Shown: positions 37,654 to 47,646 of the stretch, in pieces | How the letters are laid out: each line of letters opens with the position of its first letter | Position numbering within the stretch: the stretch's first letter is position 1 | NCBI GenBank assembly: GCA_030537155.1 | Contig: JAUNOH010000008.1 | Coordinates: forward strand, 4,557-68,556 | Direction: 5' to 3' | Source of the DNA: Bacillota bacterium | Lineage (GTDB): Bacteria > Bacillota_I > Bacilli_A > RFN20 > CAG-826 | DNA length: 64,000 bases | Position numbers and translations under genes: made by a program | The notes under the pieces: model-generated | Databases searched by the model: none | What the model saw: the letters and a program-made list of their open reading frames with translations, nothing else | Told to the model about the DNA's origin: nothing

Positions 37654-39407
37654 AAACCTAATTCCTCCTTGCTTAGCTGGGATAAGGCGATTTCGCGGTA
37701 CTCGTCGCAGTTATCGAGTAACTCTCGATGGGCGCCGGTCCCCACGACCTGTCCGTCTTTGAGGCAGACGATGATGTCGGCGTCCATGATGGTGCCGACG
37801 CGCTGGGCGACGATCATCTTGGTGGCGTTCGGGTATTCGTTTTTCAGATTCTCACGCACCTGTTTGTCGGTTTTGAAGTCGAGGGCGGAGAAGGAATCGT
37901 CAAAGACGAGGAACTCGGGATCGTTGGCGATGGCCCTGGCGATGCAGAGCCTCTGCCTCTGGCCGCCGGAGACGTTGGTGCCGCCTTGGGCGATTTTGGC
38001 CTCATATTGGCCATCCATCTCCGAGATGAAGGGGGCCGCACAGGACACCTCGGCCGCCTTTTTCATCTTCTCATCGGACAACTCGGGGTTTCCGAATTTA
38101 ATGTTGGAGGCCACCGTTCCGGAGAAGAGGACGCCCCTTTGGGGGACGTAGCCGATTAGGGAGCGCAAAGTCGACTGCTTGAGGTTTTTGACGTTGACGC
38201 CATCGATCTTGACCTGACCGAAGGAAACGTCATATAACCTGGCCGAAAGCTGGACGAGGGTGCTCTTGCCACAGCCCGTCGTGCCGATGAAGGCGATGGT
38301 TTGCCCCTTATTGGCCTTGAAGGTGACGTTATGGATGACGGGGGCGTCGCCGTCGGGATAGCCGAAGGTGACGTTCTCGAATTCGACACTCCCGCGGTTC
38401 TCATCGAGGATCGGGGATTCCTCCTCGGGGTCTTTTATCTTCGACTCGCAGGACATGACCTCGTCGATACGCTTGGCCGAGACAAGGGCCCTGGGGGCGA
38501 AGACCAGCATGAATAGAATCATGACGAAGGCCATCATGATCTGGGTGGCCAGCATGACGAATTGGACGAGCGGTGAGTATTCGACGCTGCCACTATTGAC
38601 GAGGGAAGCCCCCAGCCAATAGATGCCCAAGGTGATGCCATTCATGGTGATCATCATGATCGGGTTCATCAAGTTCATGATGCGGCCGGTGAAGAGGCCG
38701 ACCTTCATAAGATCGGTGTTTGCCTTATCGAATTTCGCGTTTTGGTATTCCTCGGCGTTGTAGGCCCTGACGACCCTGATGCCGTTGAGGTTCTCACGGG
38801 TGATTCCGTTGACTCTATCGAGGAGTTTCTGCTGCTTCCCGAATTTGGGGATGACGAAGCTCATTGACACCGCCAAGGCGACGACCATAAAGGTGATGCC
38901 GATGGCCGGGACATAGGAGAGTTCCCAGCTGACATCGCCGATTTTGGCGATGCCCCAAACCAAGGTTATCGGGGCCGAGAAGACCATGGCCATCATGATG
39001 ACGGTCATGTTCTGGATCATCTGGACGTCGTTGGTGACGCGGGTGATGAGGGAGGAGGTCTGAAAACGCTTGATATCCTCCATCGAGAGGTTGGTGATCT
39101 TCTCGTTCAGTTTGCGGCGGATGCTGGATACCATGCCGGCCGAAACCAAGGCGGCCATGATGGCGACTCCAGCCTGGGCGAGCATTGAGAAGGCGGCCCA
39201 GGCCACCATCCACAAAGCGGCGCTCCAAATCTCGTCGGTCCCTCCCAGTCCATAATGGGCCAGATAAATGGCCTCAATCAATTCCTGCATGTCGTCGGTC
39301 AGGGTCATGTTGCACCAGACCTGAACGAAGGTCAGGCCCAGGATGAGCACAATCATGATCCCGTGGTACCAACGGATGTTTTTGAATATGAGTTTCAATA
39401 ACTTCAT
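37650..39407 (-). CDS. Heterodimeric ABC exporter subunit (degenerate site)
   Basis: G.TGCGKST, SGGQRQR, FDDSFSALD, VAQR. Confidence 0.93.
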   Translation of the reverse strand: MKLLKLIFKNIRWYHGIMIVLILGLTFVQVWCNMTLTDDMQELIEAIYLAHYGLGGTDEIWSAALWMVAWAAFSMLAQAGVAIMAALVSAGMVSSIRRKLNEKITNLSMEDIKRFQTSSLITRVTNDVQMIQNMTVIMMAMVFSAPITLVWGIAKIGDVSWELSYVPAIGITFMVVALAVSMSFVIPKFGKQQKLLDRVNGITRENLNGIRVVRAYNAEEYQNAKFDKANTDLMKVGLFTGRIMNLMNPIMMITMNGITLGIYWLGASLVNSGSVEYSPLVQFVMLATQIMMAFVMILFMLVFAPRALVSAKRIDEVMSCESKIKDPEEESPILDENRGSVEFENVTFGYPDGDAPVIHNVTFKANKGQTIAFIGTTGCGKSTLVQLSARLYDVSFGQVKIDGVNVKNLKQSTLRSLIGYVPQRGVLFSGTVASNIKFGNPELSDEKMKKAAEVSCAAPFISEMDGQYEAKIAQGGTNVSGGQRQRLCIARAIANDPEFLVFDDSFSALDFKTDKQVRENLKNEYPNATKMIVAQRVGTIMDADIIVCLKDGQVVGTGAHRELLDNCDEYREIALSQLSKEELGL

Positions 39408-39874
39408 ACGTTTTCCCCTGTTTTTTCTTCCTTTTCCTCTTCCTCGAAGTGCTTTTGGAGGATGAGGTTCAACTGATGGGTGTATTCGAGGTAGGCCTCA
39501 TAGCCTTCCTCCCCAATGGCCTCGACAAAGTCGCCGATGACGTCCTCGAAGCGCCTTTTCTTCCTCTCGATGACCTCGTGGCCGGCCTCGGTGATGCTAA
39601 CCAGGGTATGTCGCTTATCCTTCTCCCCGGCTTTGCGGGAGATGAGGCCCAGCTCCTCAAGCTTGGCCAAGGCGTTGGCGATCCTGGAATTGCCGACCCG
39701 CATCTTCTCGGCCAATTCGCCGGCCGTGACGGGCGAATCCGCCTCATCGAGGGTGCACAGGATCCCAAATTGTCCATAGGATAGTTTTCTGCGGTCGTTG
39801 CCATGGGCCTTTCTGCCCTCGCATTCGCAACAGTAAAACCTATCCGCGTATTCCTTCTTTTTTTCTCTGTCCAT
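39404..39874 (-). CDS. MarR-family regulator
   Basis: ELA.......I...L.KLE..GLI.R.....DKR...V.IT..G. Confidence 0.88.
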   Translation of the reverse strand: MDREKKKEYADRFYCCECEGRKAHGNDRRKLSYGQFGILCTLDEADSPVTAGELAEKMRVGNSRIANALAKLEELGLISRKAGEKDKRHTLVSITEAGHEVIERKKRRFEDVIGDFVEAIGEEGYEAYLEYTHQLNLILQKHFEEEEKEEKTGENV

Positions 39875-39885
39875 AATCGATAAAT

Positions 39886-39914
39886 TTCACAATGTGAACT
39901 AAATCACGGGTGAT
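39886..39914. promoter_or_regulatory. Probable MarR operator
   Basis: Palindromes TTCACaatGTGAA and ATCACggGTGAT just upstream of marR. Confidence 0.5.
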
Positions 39915-40052
39915 AATATGCAGGCAATCATTTCATATTGCAAGATATTTCTCTTGATTAGATGAAAAATAGATGAAAAAGCCGATTAAGACTAATGTTC
40001 TCGGCTTTAACCCAGGCTACCCAATCCCCGGATAGACGAGGATAATTTATCC

Positions 40053-40469
40053 ATGAGCAAATACTATCTGGCCTATGGGAGCAACCTCAATCTCGCCCAG
40101 ATGAGGAGGCGCTGCCCCAACGCCAAACAATTGGGTGGGACTATCCTTCATGGCTATGAGCTCTTCTTCAACCGCTACCTGGGGATAAGGGAGGCGGAGG
40201 GGAAAAGCCTGCCTCTCGGCGTTTGGGAGATAAATGAGGATGACGAGGCCAGACTCGATGTCTATGAGGGTTATCCCGAGCTATATTCGAAATCGGAGCT
40301 GGAAGTCGAATTCTCCGGGAAACGGATAATAGCTCTCATCTACTTCATGAACGAGGAAAAGCCTTTTGCCCCGCCCACCGCCTCTTACTTAGAAGGCTGC
40401 CGGCAGGGCTATCGCGACTTTGGATTCGAGCAGAAATACCTAGACGAGGCATTGGGGGTCAAATCATGA
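40053..40469 (+). CDS. Gamma-glutamylcyclotransferase family protein
   Basis: YLAYGSNLN..QM..RCP, LD.YEGYP..Y. Confidence 0.9.
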   Translation: MSKYYLAYGSNLNLAQMRRRCPNAKQLGGTILHGYELFFNRYLGIREAEGKSLPLGVWEINEDDEARLDVYEGYPELYSKSELEVEFSGKRIIALIYFMNEEKPFAPPTASYLEGCRQGYRDFGFEQKYLDEALGVKS

Positions 40470-40942
40470 ACGACATAATCATCTACTATTCCCGCACGGG
40501 AACCTGCAAAAAGCTGGCCGAGAAAATCCAAAAAGACCTTGATTGCCCCATCGAGTCGATCGAATTGAAGGAAGGCTACGGCAACTACCTTTCCTCATTG
40601 CTCCGTTACCAACGGGAGAAGAAAAAGGCCATCGAACCAGAGTTCTCAACCCCGTTTTTGGACCTTGAGTCATATGAGAGGGTCATTTTGGTGTATCCGA
40701 TATTCTTCGGCGACATCCCGGAATTCGTCACCTACTACCTCGAGAGGTGCGCTTATAAAGAAATCGAATTGATCCCGGTCTCAAACTCCACCGCCACCTC
40801 CAACGAAAAAAGCCTCGCCACCTTACGGGAGAGGCTCCCCAAAGCCAAGATATCCCACCCCTACTGGCAAAGCAAATTCCATAAAGGCGACTTCCCCTCC
40901 TGGATATGGCGGGTCAAAGCCGGCATGCCGGAAGAGGAATAA
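40466..40942 (+). CDS. Flavodoxin-like protein
   Basis: IIYYSRTG....LA..I, YE.V.L.YPI. Confidence 0.78.
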   Translation: MNDIIIYYSRTGTCKKLAEKIQKDLDCPIESIELKEGYGNYLSSLLRYQREKKKAIEPEFSTPFLDLESYERVILVYPIFFGDIPEFVTYYLERCAYKEIELIPVSNSTATSNEKSLATLRERLPKAKISHPYWQSKFHKGDFPSWIWRVKAGMPEEE

Positions 40943-40953
40943 GAGTCCGTATT

Positions 40954-41601
40954 TTAATCTTTAGAGATGACGTAATCGCAGAACCGCCCATAATCCTCGA
41001 ATTGCGGGACGTCGTATTTTGATAGTCTCTTCTTTGAGCAATGGCCACTGGTGAAGAAGGCGGGCTTCAGCCCGATGGCTTTGGCCACCTCATAATCGTG
41101 GATGGTGTCCCCGAGCATCAAAGTCTCCTCCGGCTTAATCCCGTGGCCGAGGAAATATTCTTTGCCATATTCGATCTTGCTTTTGGCCTCGATGTCCTTG
41201 GCCCCGATGATTCCATCGAAGAGGTCATAGATACCGAGCCTCTTCAGTTGGGATTCGAGGATGTCCTGTCTGGAGGCACTCAGGCAATATAGCCCGATGC
41301 CGGCGGCTTTCAGTTTTTCCGCGCATTCTCTAAAGCCCTCATATAGGGAGGACTCCGACGCTTCCCTTTCGAGGTATCTCTTCATGAATTCGGCGTTCAA
41401 TTCGTCGTAGCTGATGTCTTTGAAGTCGAAGCCGATGAGTAGGTAATAATCCCGAACGGGGAAGCCGAAGTGATCGAGGTAAAAATCCATGGGTATCCTC
41501 GGCCTACCGCTTTCCTCGAGCAATTCGTTTTCAAGCTCCAGGGTGAGATCGACGTCGTTCAGGATGGTTCCGTTGAAGTCGAAGCAGACGTTTTTGATCA
41601 T
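40954..41601 (-). CDS. HAD-family hydrolase
   Basis: FDFNGTIL.D, LSAS, GDT.HD. Confidence 0.9.
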   Translation of the reverse strand: MIKNVCFDFNGTILNDVDLTLELENELLEESGRPRIPMDFYLDHFGFPVRDYYLLIGFDFKDISYDELNAEFMKRYLEREASESSLYEGFRECAEKLKAAGIGLYCLSASRQDILESQLKRLGIYDLFDGIIGAKDIEAKSKIEYGKEYFLGHGIKPEETLMLGDTIHDYEVAKAIGLKPAFFTSGHCSKKRLSKYDVPQFEDYGRFCDYVISKD

Positions 41602-41722
41602 GGCAAAGATTATACAAAAGATTGGGGCATTGTCCTCATCGACTATCAGGCACAAGGCGTCTTGAAAAGTATCTAATTTCAAGCGGGAGGGATATACTGA
41701 TTTCCAAGGAGATATCGACAAT

Positions 41723-42157
41723 ATGAAAGACAATAACTGCGCCTACTGCATGAGGGAGGAAAAGCCGGAGCTATATCAGGGTTTCGGATACTATGTGATG
41801 GATCTTAAGGTCTCATCGCTATACGTATTCAGGGAACAGTCCCATCTTGGTAGATGCATCGTGGCCTATAAGGACCACGTCTCCGAGATCGTCGATATCA
41901 GCAAGGAGGAGAGGGCCCTCTTCCTCGAGGATGTGGCGAATGTCTCCAACGCCATCCACAAGGCCTTTAATCCCGGCAAGGTCAACTATGGCTTTTATGG
42001 CGATACGGGGAAGCACCTCCACTGCCACCTCTGCCCCAAATATAAGGATGGCGACGAATGGGGCGGCGTCTTCCTGATGAACCCCCACCTCAAGGATTTA
42101 AAAGACGAGGAGCTGAAGGGGATCGCCGATAAGCTGCTTGAATACATCGAGAAATAA
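41723..42157 (+). CDS. HIT-family protein
   Basis: C.YC, K.NY...GD, HLHCHL.P. Confidence 0.9.
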   Translation: MKDNNCAYCMREEKPELYQGFGYYVMDLKVSSLYVFREQSHLGRCIVAYKDHVSEIVDISKEERALFLEDVANVSNAIHKAFNPGKVNYGFYGDTGKHLHCHLCPKYKDGDEWGGVFLMNPHLKDLKDEELKGIADKLLEYIEK

Positions 42158-42300
42158 ACGACTTTGAAAAGCTCCGAGGAAATCGGGGCTTTTGTTTTGC
42201 CTTGCGAAATCGGCCCTTCCCCTCCGATTAAAAGCGTTCATTTACCTTATCGGAAAATAGTCGCAATCAAGGTTAGTTTGCCTAGCAAAAACCCCTAAAA

Positions 42301-42330
42301 TTGACACTATTTTTGTTCAAATGATAGAAT
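42301..42330 (+). promoter_or_regulatory. Near-consensus sigma-A promoter of the TIR-MTase/luxS/GNAT unit
   Basis: TTGACA-N18-TAGAAT with extended TG. Confidence 0.8.
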
Positions 42331-42356
42331 CGTGTTCATATAGGGGGCGACGAATA

Positions 42357-43670
42357 ATGCAAACCTACGACTTTTTCGTCAGTTATTCTTCCAAGGACAA
42401 GGAGATCATCGACGGCCTCGTCCACCAACTTGAATCCTCGGGGGCCAAATGCTGGTATGCCCCAAGGGACGTTCAGGGGAGATACGCCAAGGCCATCGTC
42501 GACGCCATCGGGCAGGCGAAGATTTTCCTATTGTGCCTATCCGAAAACGCCGCGGCCTCCGACCACGTCCTCAACGAGATTGAGATCGCCTACAACAAGA
42601 AGAAATCCCCCGACGTCTCGCCTTTGATCATCGAGCCGCTTTGCATCGAGCCGATCGACCTCGACGCCCCGCAGTTCGACGAGATCATGTATTACATCAG
42701 GCGCATCAACTTCATCTCCCCCACCAACCTCTCCTCGCCCAAGGCCATCGCCCAGGAGGTCATCGAGAAAAACAAAGACTACCTGAAGATCGAGGCCAGC
42801 AAACATCACGAGCGGGCCCAAAGCCTCTATTTCCCCAGCGAGAGGGAGACGAAGAGGCTGAAGATCCAAGGCAACCTATTGAAGAAATTCGATAACGAGA
42901 CCTATCAGAAGCTGTTCTCCAAATTCGAGCAGATGGACGTCTTGGACGTCGGCTCGGGCAATGGCGACATGCTGATGGATAGGCTGAAGGAATCCAAGAA
43001 GCCTTTTAGGCTTTTGGGTGTGGAAAGAGACGCTCAGAAGGTCGAGCAGGCCAACGCCAACTATGGGGATGAGGGGAAAGTCCACTTCGCCGTGATGGAC
43101 GTCAACGACCCCGAATTCAGTGAATCGGTGGCCGACGAGATGGATAAGATGGGGATCGAGGGCTTCGACGTCATCCACATCTCGATGCTCCTGCTCCACA
43201 TGGAGTCGTTCTGCTCTCTGCTCAGGAAATGCCGGAGGCTATTGAAGAGCGACGGCTACATCTTCATAAAGGATATCGACGATGGCTTGAATTACGCCTT
43301 CCCTGACGAGAAGAACGCCTTTGAGAGGATCTATCAGATCTGCGACCGCAACGAGACCAGCGGCAATCGGAGGAACGGCCGGGAGATATACACCAACCTC
43401 TATCGGGCCGGCTTAAAGAAAATCAGCCTGGAGAAAAGCGGCTTCACCACCATCGGGCTCTCATATGAGGAGAAGGAGGCCTTCTGGGGGATGTATTTCC
43501 AATTCATCCTCGGCGACATCAAATGGATGTATGAGAAATACCCCAACAACATCGATATCAAAGACGACTGTGAGTGGTATAGCAAAAACTACGAGGACCT
43601 CTTTGAGCAGTTTATGAACGATGATTTCGTCTTCAGCCTGGGTTTCCAGATTTATCTGGCCCAGAAATGA
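42357..43670 (+). CDS. TIR domain fused to a class I SAM-dependent methyltransferase
   Basis: TIR: YDFFVSYSSKD, WYAPRD, S.HV.NEI..A. MTase: VLDVGSGNG, FDVIH...LLLH, LLK.DGYI.I.D. Confidence 0.85.
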   Translation: MQTYDFFVSYSSKDKEIIDGLVHQLESSGAKCWYAPRDVQGRYAKAIVDAIGQAKIFLLCLSENAAASDHVLNEIEIAYNKKKSPDVSPLIIEPLCIEPIDLDAPQFDEIMYYIRRINFISPTNLSSPKAIAQEVIEKNKDYLKIEASKHHERAQSLYFPSERETKRLKIQGNLLKKFDNETYQKLFSKFEQMDVLDVGSGNGDMLMDRLKESKKPFRLLGVERDAQKVEQANANYGDEGKVHFAVMDVNDPEFSESVADEMDKMGIEGFDVIHISMLLLHMESFCSLLRKCRRLLKSDGYIFIKDIDDGLNYAFPDEKNAFERIYQICDRNETSGNRRNGREIYTNLYRAGLKKISLEKSGFTTIGLSYEEKEAFWGMYFQFILGDIKWMYEKYPNNIDIKDDCEWYSKNYEDLFEQFMNDDFVFSLGFQIYLAQK

Positions 43671-43692
43671 TAAAGCTAGGAAGGAGAATTAC

Positions 43693-44160
43693 ATGAAAAG
43701 AATCGCCAGCTTCACCATCAACCACCTCAACCTCTTCCCGGGGCTATACGTCTCCAGGCGCGATAAAAACGGGGACAAGGTAGTCACGACCTTCGACCTC
43801 CGCTTCACCGCGCCGAATAAGGAGCCGGTCGTCGATATGCCGGCCATCCATTCCATCGAGCATCTGGCCGCCACCTTTTTGAGAAACGGCCCCCGGCAGG
43901 AGGAGATAATCTACTTCGGCCCGATGGGCTGCCGCACCGGATGCTATCTGGTCATGTGGGGCGATTTATCAAGCGAGGATGTCTATGACTTAGTCATCTC
44001 GATGTGCGACTTCATCATCTCCTTTGAGGGCGAGATCCCCGGGGCCAAGCCCGAGCAATGCGGGAATTACCGAGAGCAGAATCTCGACATGGCCAAATAC
44101 TACGTCGCCAAATACAAGAAGGAATTGGTCGAGCATCGACGCTTCGTCTATCCGGAATAA
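43693..44160 (+). CDS. luxS: S-ribosylhomocysteine lyase
   Basis: SF.I.H, FDLRF..PN, HSIEH, GPMGCRTG, CGNY. Confidence 0.96.
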   Translation: MKRIASFTINHLNLFPGLYVSRRDKNGDKVVTTFDLRFTAPNKEPVVDMPAIHSIEHLAATFLRNGPRQEEIIYFGPMGCRTGCYLVMWGDLSSEDVYDLVISMCDFIISFEGEIPGAKPEQCGNYREQNLDMAKYYVAKYKKELVEHRRFVYPE

Positions 44161-44191
44161 GCGGCGAATAGACAAAAAAGGGGGGCGAACC

Positions 44192-44704
44192 ATGAATTTC
44201 AAAAAGGCATCGATCGACGATTTCGAGTTGATTTACAAGATGATGGTGGACGCCAGGAAGAAATCCTGGGACGAGGGGGTTTTCCAATGGAACGAGAACT
44301 ACCCCACCGCGACCATGATCAAAGGCGATTTGGAGAAAGGCTATACCTACTTGGTATACGACGAGGGGAAGATCGTGGCCTTCTTCACGACCAATTCGAT
44401 ATGCGAGGACGACGTCCACGACCACATCAAATGGCTGAATGAAGGCGATAACTGGGTCATCTTGCACCGCCTATGCGTGGATACCGGAGCCCAGGGGAAT
44501 AAAATCGGGCAGAGGATATTGGCCCTATTCGAGAAGGAAAAAATCGAGGAGGGCTTCGACAGCATCAGGATCGACGTCTTCTCCACCAACGCGGCCGCCA
44601 TCCACATCTATGAGAAATTCGGCTATATCCTGCTTGGCAACGCCACCTGCGACCGCGGGATGTTCTACATATACGAAAAAATGCTGCCAAAGCAAAAACA
44701 CTGA
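44192..44704 (+). CDS. GNAT acetyltransferase
   Basis: QW...YP, HRLCV....QG..IG, D.F..N..A...YEK.GY. Confidence 0.9.
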   Translation: MNFKKASIDDFELIYKMMVDARKKSWDEGVFQWNENYPTATMIKGDLEKGYTYLVYDEGKIVAFFTTNSICEDDVHDHIKWLNEGDNWVILHRLCVDTGAQGNKIGQRILALFEKEKIEEGFDSIRIDVFSTNAAAIHIYEKFGYILLGNATCDRGMFYIYEKMLPKQKH

Positions 44705-44710
44705 CGCCTT

Positions 44711-45211
44711 TTAACGCTTTAGCGCGCCTTCTAATAAGAGTAATTCCCTCTTTTTCTCTATCCCTCCGGCATAGCCAGTCAGGCTGCCGTCTTTTCCGAT
44801 TACCCGATGGCAGGGAACGATGATGGAAATGGGGTTACGCCCCACCGCCCCTCCGACGGCCTGGGCCGACATGTGGTCGAGGCCTTTTCTGGCGGCGAGG
44901 ATCTTTCCTATCTCGCCATACGTCATCGTGCTCCCGTAGGGGATGGTCTTCAATATCCCCCACACCTCCTCCTGGAAGGGGCTGCCTTTCAAATGGATGG
45001 GCAAAGAGAAATTTGGCTCCTTCCCGGAAAAATAGATATCGAGCCAACGTTTGGCTTCAGCCAAAACGGGGATTTCCTTTTCCTCACGCTTTCCTTCCAG
45101 GCGATAGGCAAAATGCTTTTGCCCGATAAACCAGGCCCCGGTCAAGCCGGCCTCATCCGCGGATAAGAGCATCGTCCCAAGTGGCGACTCATAATGGGAT
45201 ATGTAATTCAT
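44711..45211 (-). CDS. ogt: Methylated-DNA-protein-cysteine methyltransferase
   Basis: FQ..VW..L..IPYG...TYG, NP....PCHRV. Confidence 0.94.
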   Translation of the reverse strand: MNYISHYESPLGTMLLSADEAGLTGAWFIGQKHFAYRLEGKREEKEIPVLAEAKRWLDIYFSGKEPNFSLPIHLKGSPFQEEVWGILKTIPYGSTMTYGEIGKILAARKGLDHMSAQAVGGAVGRNPISIIVPCHRVIGKDGSLTGYAGGIEKKRELLLLEGALKR

Positions 45212-45372
45212 CTCCCTATTTTCCGCCAAAGCGAACAAAGCTCCAACCCCGCACAAAAAAGCAGCTTTGATTCATAACGCCGCTTCGTCACGGATGTCGG
45301 ATGCAATCTAAACGGTAAAGGCCAAAAAGAAAATACCCCATCCTTACGGAATCAGGGGTATTTTTGCCTTCA

Positions 45373-46320
45373 TCAGTTGTATTTGTAGAAGCCTTCGCCG
45401 GAGCTCTTTCCGAGTTTGCCCTCGGCGATGTATTTGCTGAGCATCTTATCCATGCCCTTGAAGTTATAGGGGGCGAGGAACGAGGGGATCTTCACATACA
45501 TCTTAACGATATTATGCGCGGTCGTGAGCCCGACCGTGTCGAGGATCTGGAAGGGTCCCTTGGGGGCGCCGGTTCCAAGAACCCAGGCCTTATCGATGCT
45601 TTCCGGATCGGAGATGCCGTTGACATATAGATCCATACCAGCGAAGAGGAAAGGTACCAGCATCGAGTTGAGGAGATAGCCGCTCTTTTCCTTCTTGACG
45701 GGGAGGGCAATCATCCTGATGTCGTTGGCGAACTTCATCACGACGTCGAAGTTCTTCATGTCAGTGAGCTTCTGGGCCATGACCTCGGCGGTGTTGTTCT
45801 TCCAGATCGAGTTGGCGAAGTGGAGGGATAAATACTTATCGGGCCTGCCGGTGACTTTGGCGAACTTGCTGGGTAGCAAAGTCGAGGAATTGGTGACGAC
45901 GATGGTCTTCTCGGGGAGCAGGGGAGCCATTTTCTTATAGAATTCGATCTTCTGATTGGCGTCCTCGGCCATCGACTCGATGACGATGTCGGCGTCCTTG
46001 ACGGCCTTGGCGAGGTCGAGTTCCAGCTTGATGGATGAACGGGCCTCCTTTGACTTCTTCAGGCACTCCTCGGCGTTGAAGCCCTCATAATCGGCGATGC
46101 CCCTGCACCAGTTGGCTGGGGTCTTGCCTTCGTCGGTGTCCATCAGCTTAATGGCCTCCTCATAGCTTTTGACGAGCCCATCGAGTTTGGGGGTGCACCT
46201 TTTGATGCTGCCCTCGCTCCTTAGCCAGATGGTGACGGAGAAACCGCAATAGGCGGCCTGATAGGCGATTTGGCTTCCTAAGACGCCGCCACCGGCCACC
46301 ACTACATTCTTGATTTCCAT
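45373..46320 (-). CDS. 3-hydroxyacyl-CoA dehydrogenase family protein
   Basis: GGGVLGSQIA, IES..E, TNSST, LHFAN, GPF...D.VGL, G.LG...GEGFY. Confidence 0.92.
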   Translation of the reverse strand: MEIKNVVVAGGGVLGSQIAYQAAYCGFSVTIWLRSEGSIKRCTPKLDGLVKSYEEAIKLMDTDEGKTPANWCRGIADYEGFNAEECLKKSKEARSSIKLELDLAKAVKDADIVIESMAEDANQKIEFYKKMAPLLPEKTIVVTNSSTLLPSKFAKVTGRPDKYLSLHFANSIWKNNTAEVMAQKLTDMKNFDVVMKFANDIRMIALPVKKEKSGYLLNSMLVPFLFAGMDLYVNGISDPESIDKAWVLGTGAPKGPFQILDTVGLTTAHNIVKMYVKIPSFLAPYNFKGMDKMLSKYIAEGKLGKSSGEGFYKYN

Positions 46321-46452
46321 TAATATCTCCTTTAATTAATTAACCTATTATAACGGCCGAAAAACGGCGCCCGACATCGCGGAAAGACGCCTGTGACATT
46401 AGCGATTTATTGAGTAACAGCCGAGATTTTGCTTACTAATCAAGCCAAATGT

Positions 46453-47238
46453 TTAGCCCAGGAAGGCCTTAACAATTTCTTTGGCCCAGCCAAAGATAAA
46501 CGGCACGTTTTCATCCAATAGGGTTTTGACGTTGGAGGCTTCGCCCGAATTTAAGGAGCCGACTTTTTCAAATAGGCTCCCGCTGGCGGCGCTCCTCCCG
46601 ATGGCGATCAAGGCGCTGGATTCATCCCCATAGGCGAAATAATAGCCGATGGCTTTGGCGCCTATCGAAAAACTTCCGATGGAGAGGGCGCCGATGGATA
46701 AGATTCCGAGGGAAATCGCGCCGATGGCAATGATACCCACCGCTATCGAGCCAAGCGATAATAGCAATCCCAGGGAAATGACACCCAAAGCCAGCAAGCC
46801 TATCGAAAATAACCCGATCGAGAAAAGCCCGAGGGAGAATAAGCCAATCGAAATAAAGCCTCTGGAAGCCAGGCCGATGGCGATGATGCCTTTGGCCACT
46901 CTCCCATAGCCGATGTTGATGTGATATAAGGGCAATCCGAATATGGTTTTGGCGCTCTTCTTCTCGTAGTAAAAGCTTTGGAGGTTGATGGTGAGGGAAT
47001 TAGCTTGGGTTTTAGATGGTTCGTATGGCTTAGGGTCCTCGACCTCATCCTTCATCAGATAGTCGAGCGAACAATCATAGAGCTTGGCGAGCCTGATGAG
47101 CTTATCGGTCTCCGGATAGGCCAGATCGCTCTCCCATTTGCTGATCGATTGCCTCGAGACTTCCAAGATGGTGGCTAGCTGCTCTTGGGTGTAGTTATTC
47201 TCTTTTCTTAACTTCGCCAGTTTTTCGCCGATGCTCAT
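46453..47238 (-). CDS. XRE HTH regulator with Gly-repeat membrane domain
   Basis: TQEQLA..L.VSRQSISKWE...YP; repeated (I/L)G.. hydrophobic pentamers. Confidence 0.85.
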   Translation of the reverse strand: MSIGEKLAKLRKENNYTQEQLATILEVSRQSISKWESDLAYPETDKLIRLAKLYDCSLDYLMKDEVEDPKPYEPSKTQANSLTINLQSFYYEKKSAKTIFGLPLYHINIGYGRVAKGIIAIGLASRGFISIGLFSLGLFSIGLFSIGLLALGVISLGLLLSLGSIAVGIIAIGAISLGILSIGALSIGSFSIGAKAIGYYFAYGDESSALIAIGRSAASGSLFEKVGSLNSGEASNVKTLLDENVPFIFGWAKEIVKAFLG

Positions 47239-47457
47239 GTGTTTTCCCTCTTTCGCCTTTATCTTATTTCCGGGGCCCATGGGGAAACCACCAATTTACG
47301 ATTTCTTTTTGTAAAGTTCAGGTTGCGTTTAGGGCAAAAGCGGGCCTCAAATATGCAATTACGTTAGAAACGAAGACATTTAATGCCTATTCCTTTTATG
47401 GAAGCCTTTCGACCCAATATACTTAAGTCAGCATCGAAAGAAAGGAAGGCAATGCAT

Positions 47458-47634
47458 ATGTGCAAATGGGAATACAAAAGCGTCCTCGTGACCGCCATGA
47501 CGGCCAAAAAGCTATCGTCCGTTTTAGAGGAAAAATCCAACGAACTCGGCAAGGAAGGCTATGAATTAGCCTGCTTTGACGGGGTTGAGGCCGGAACCAT
47601 CATCGCCGTCTTCAAAAAGCCGATCGAAGAATAG
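47458..47634 (+). CDS. DUF4177-like small protein
   Basis: WEYK....N.LG.EG.EL...FKKP; SD AAGGAAGG. Confidence 0.7.
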   Translation: MCKWEYKSVLVTAMTAKKLSSVLEEKSNELGKEGYELACFDGVEAGTIIAVFKKPIEE

Positions 47635-47646
47635 CTTTGATTTTTG

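Noticed and set aside
41723-42157. HIT gene as part of the TIR system
   Set aside because: Separated by a terminator hairpin (~42167-42193), and the TIR gene has its own promoter
46600-46900. Periodic (I/L)G repeats as a tandem DNA repeat
   Set aside because: Protein-level repeats of a Gly-rich membrane domain; the DNA is degenerate
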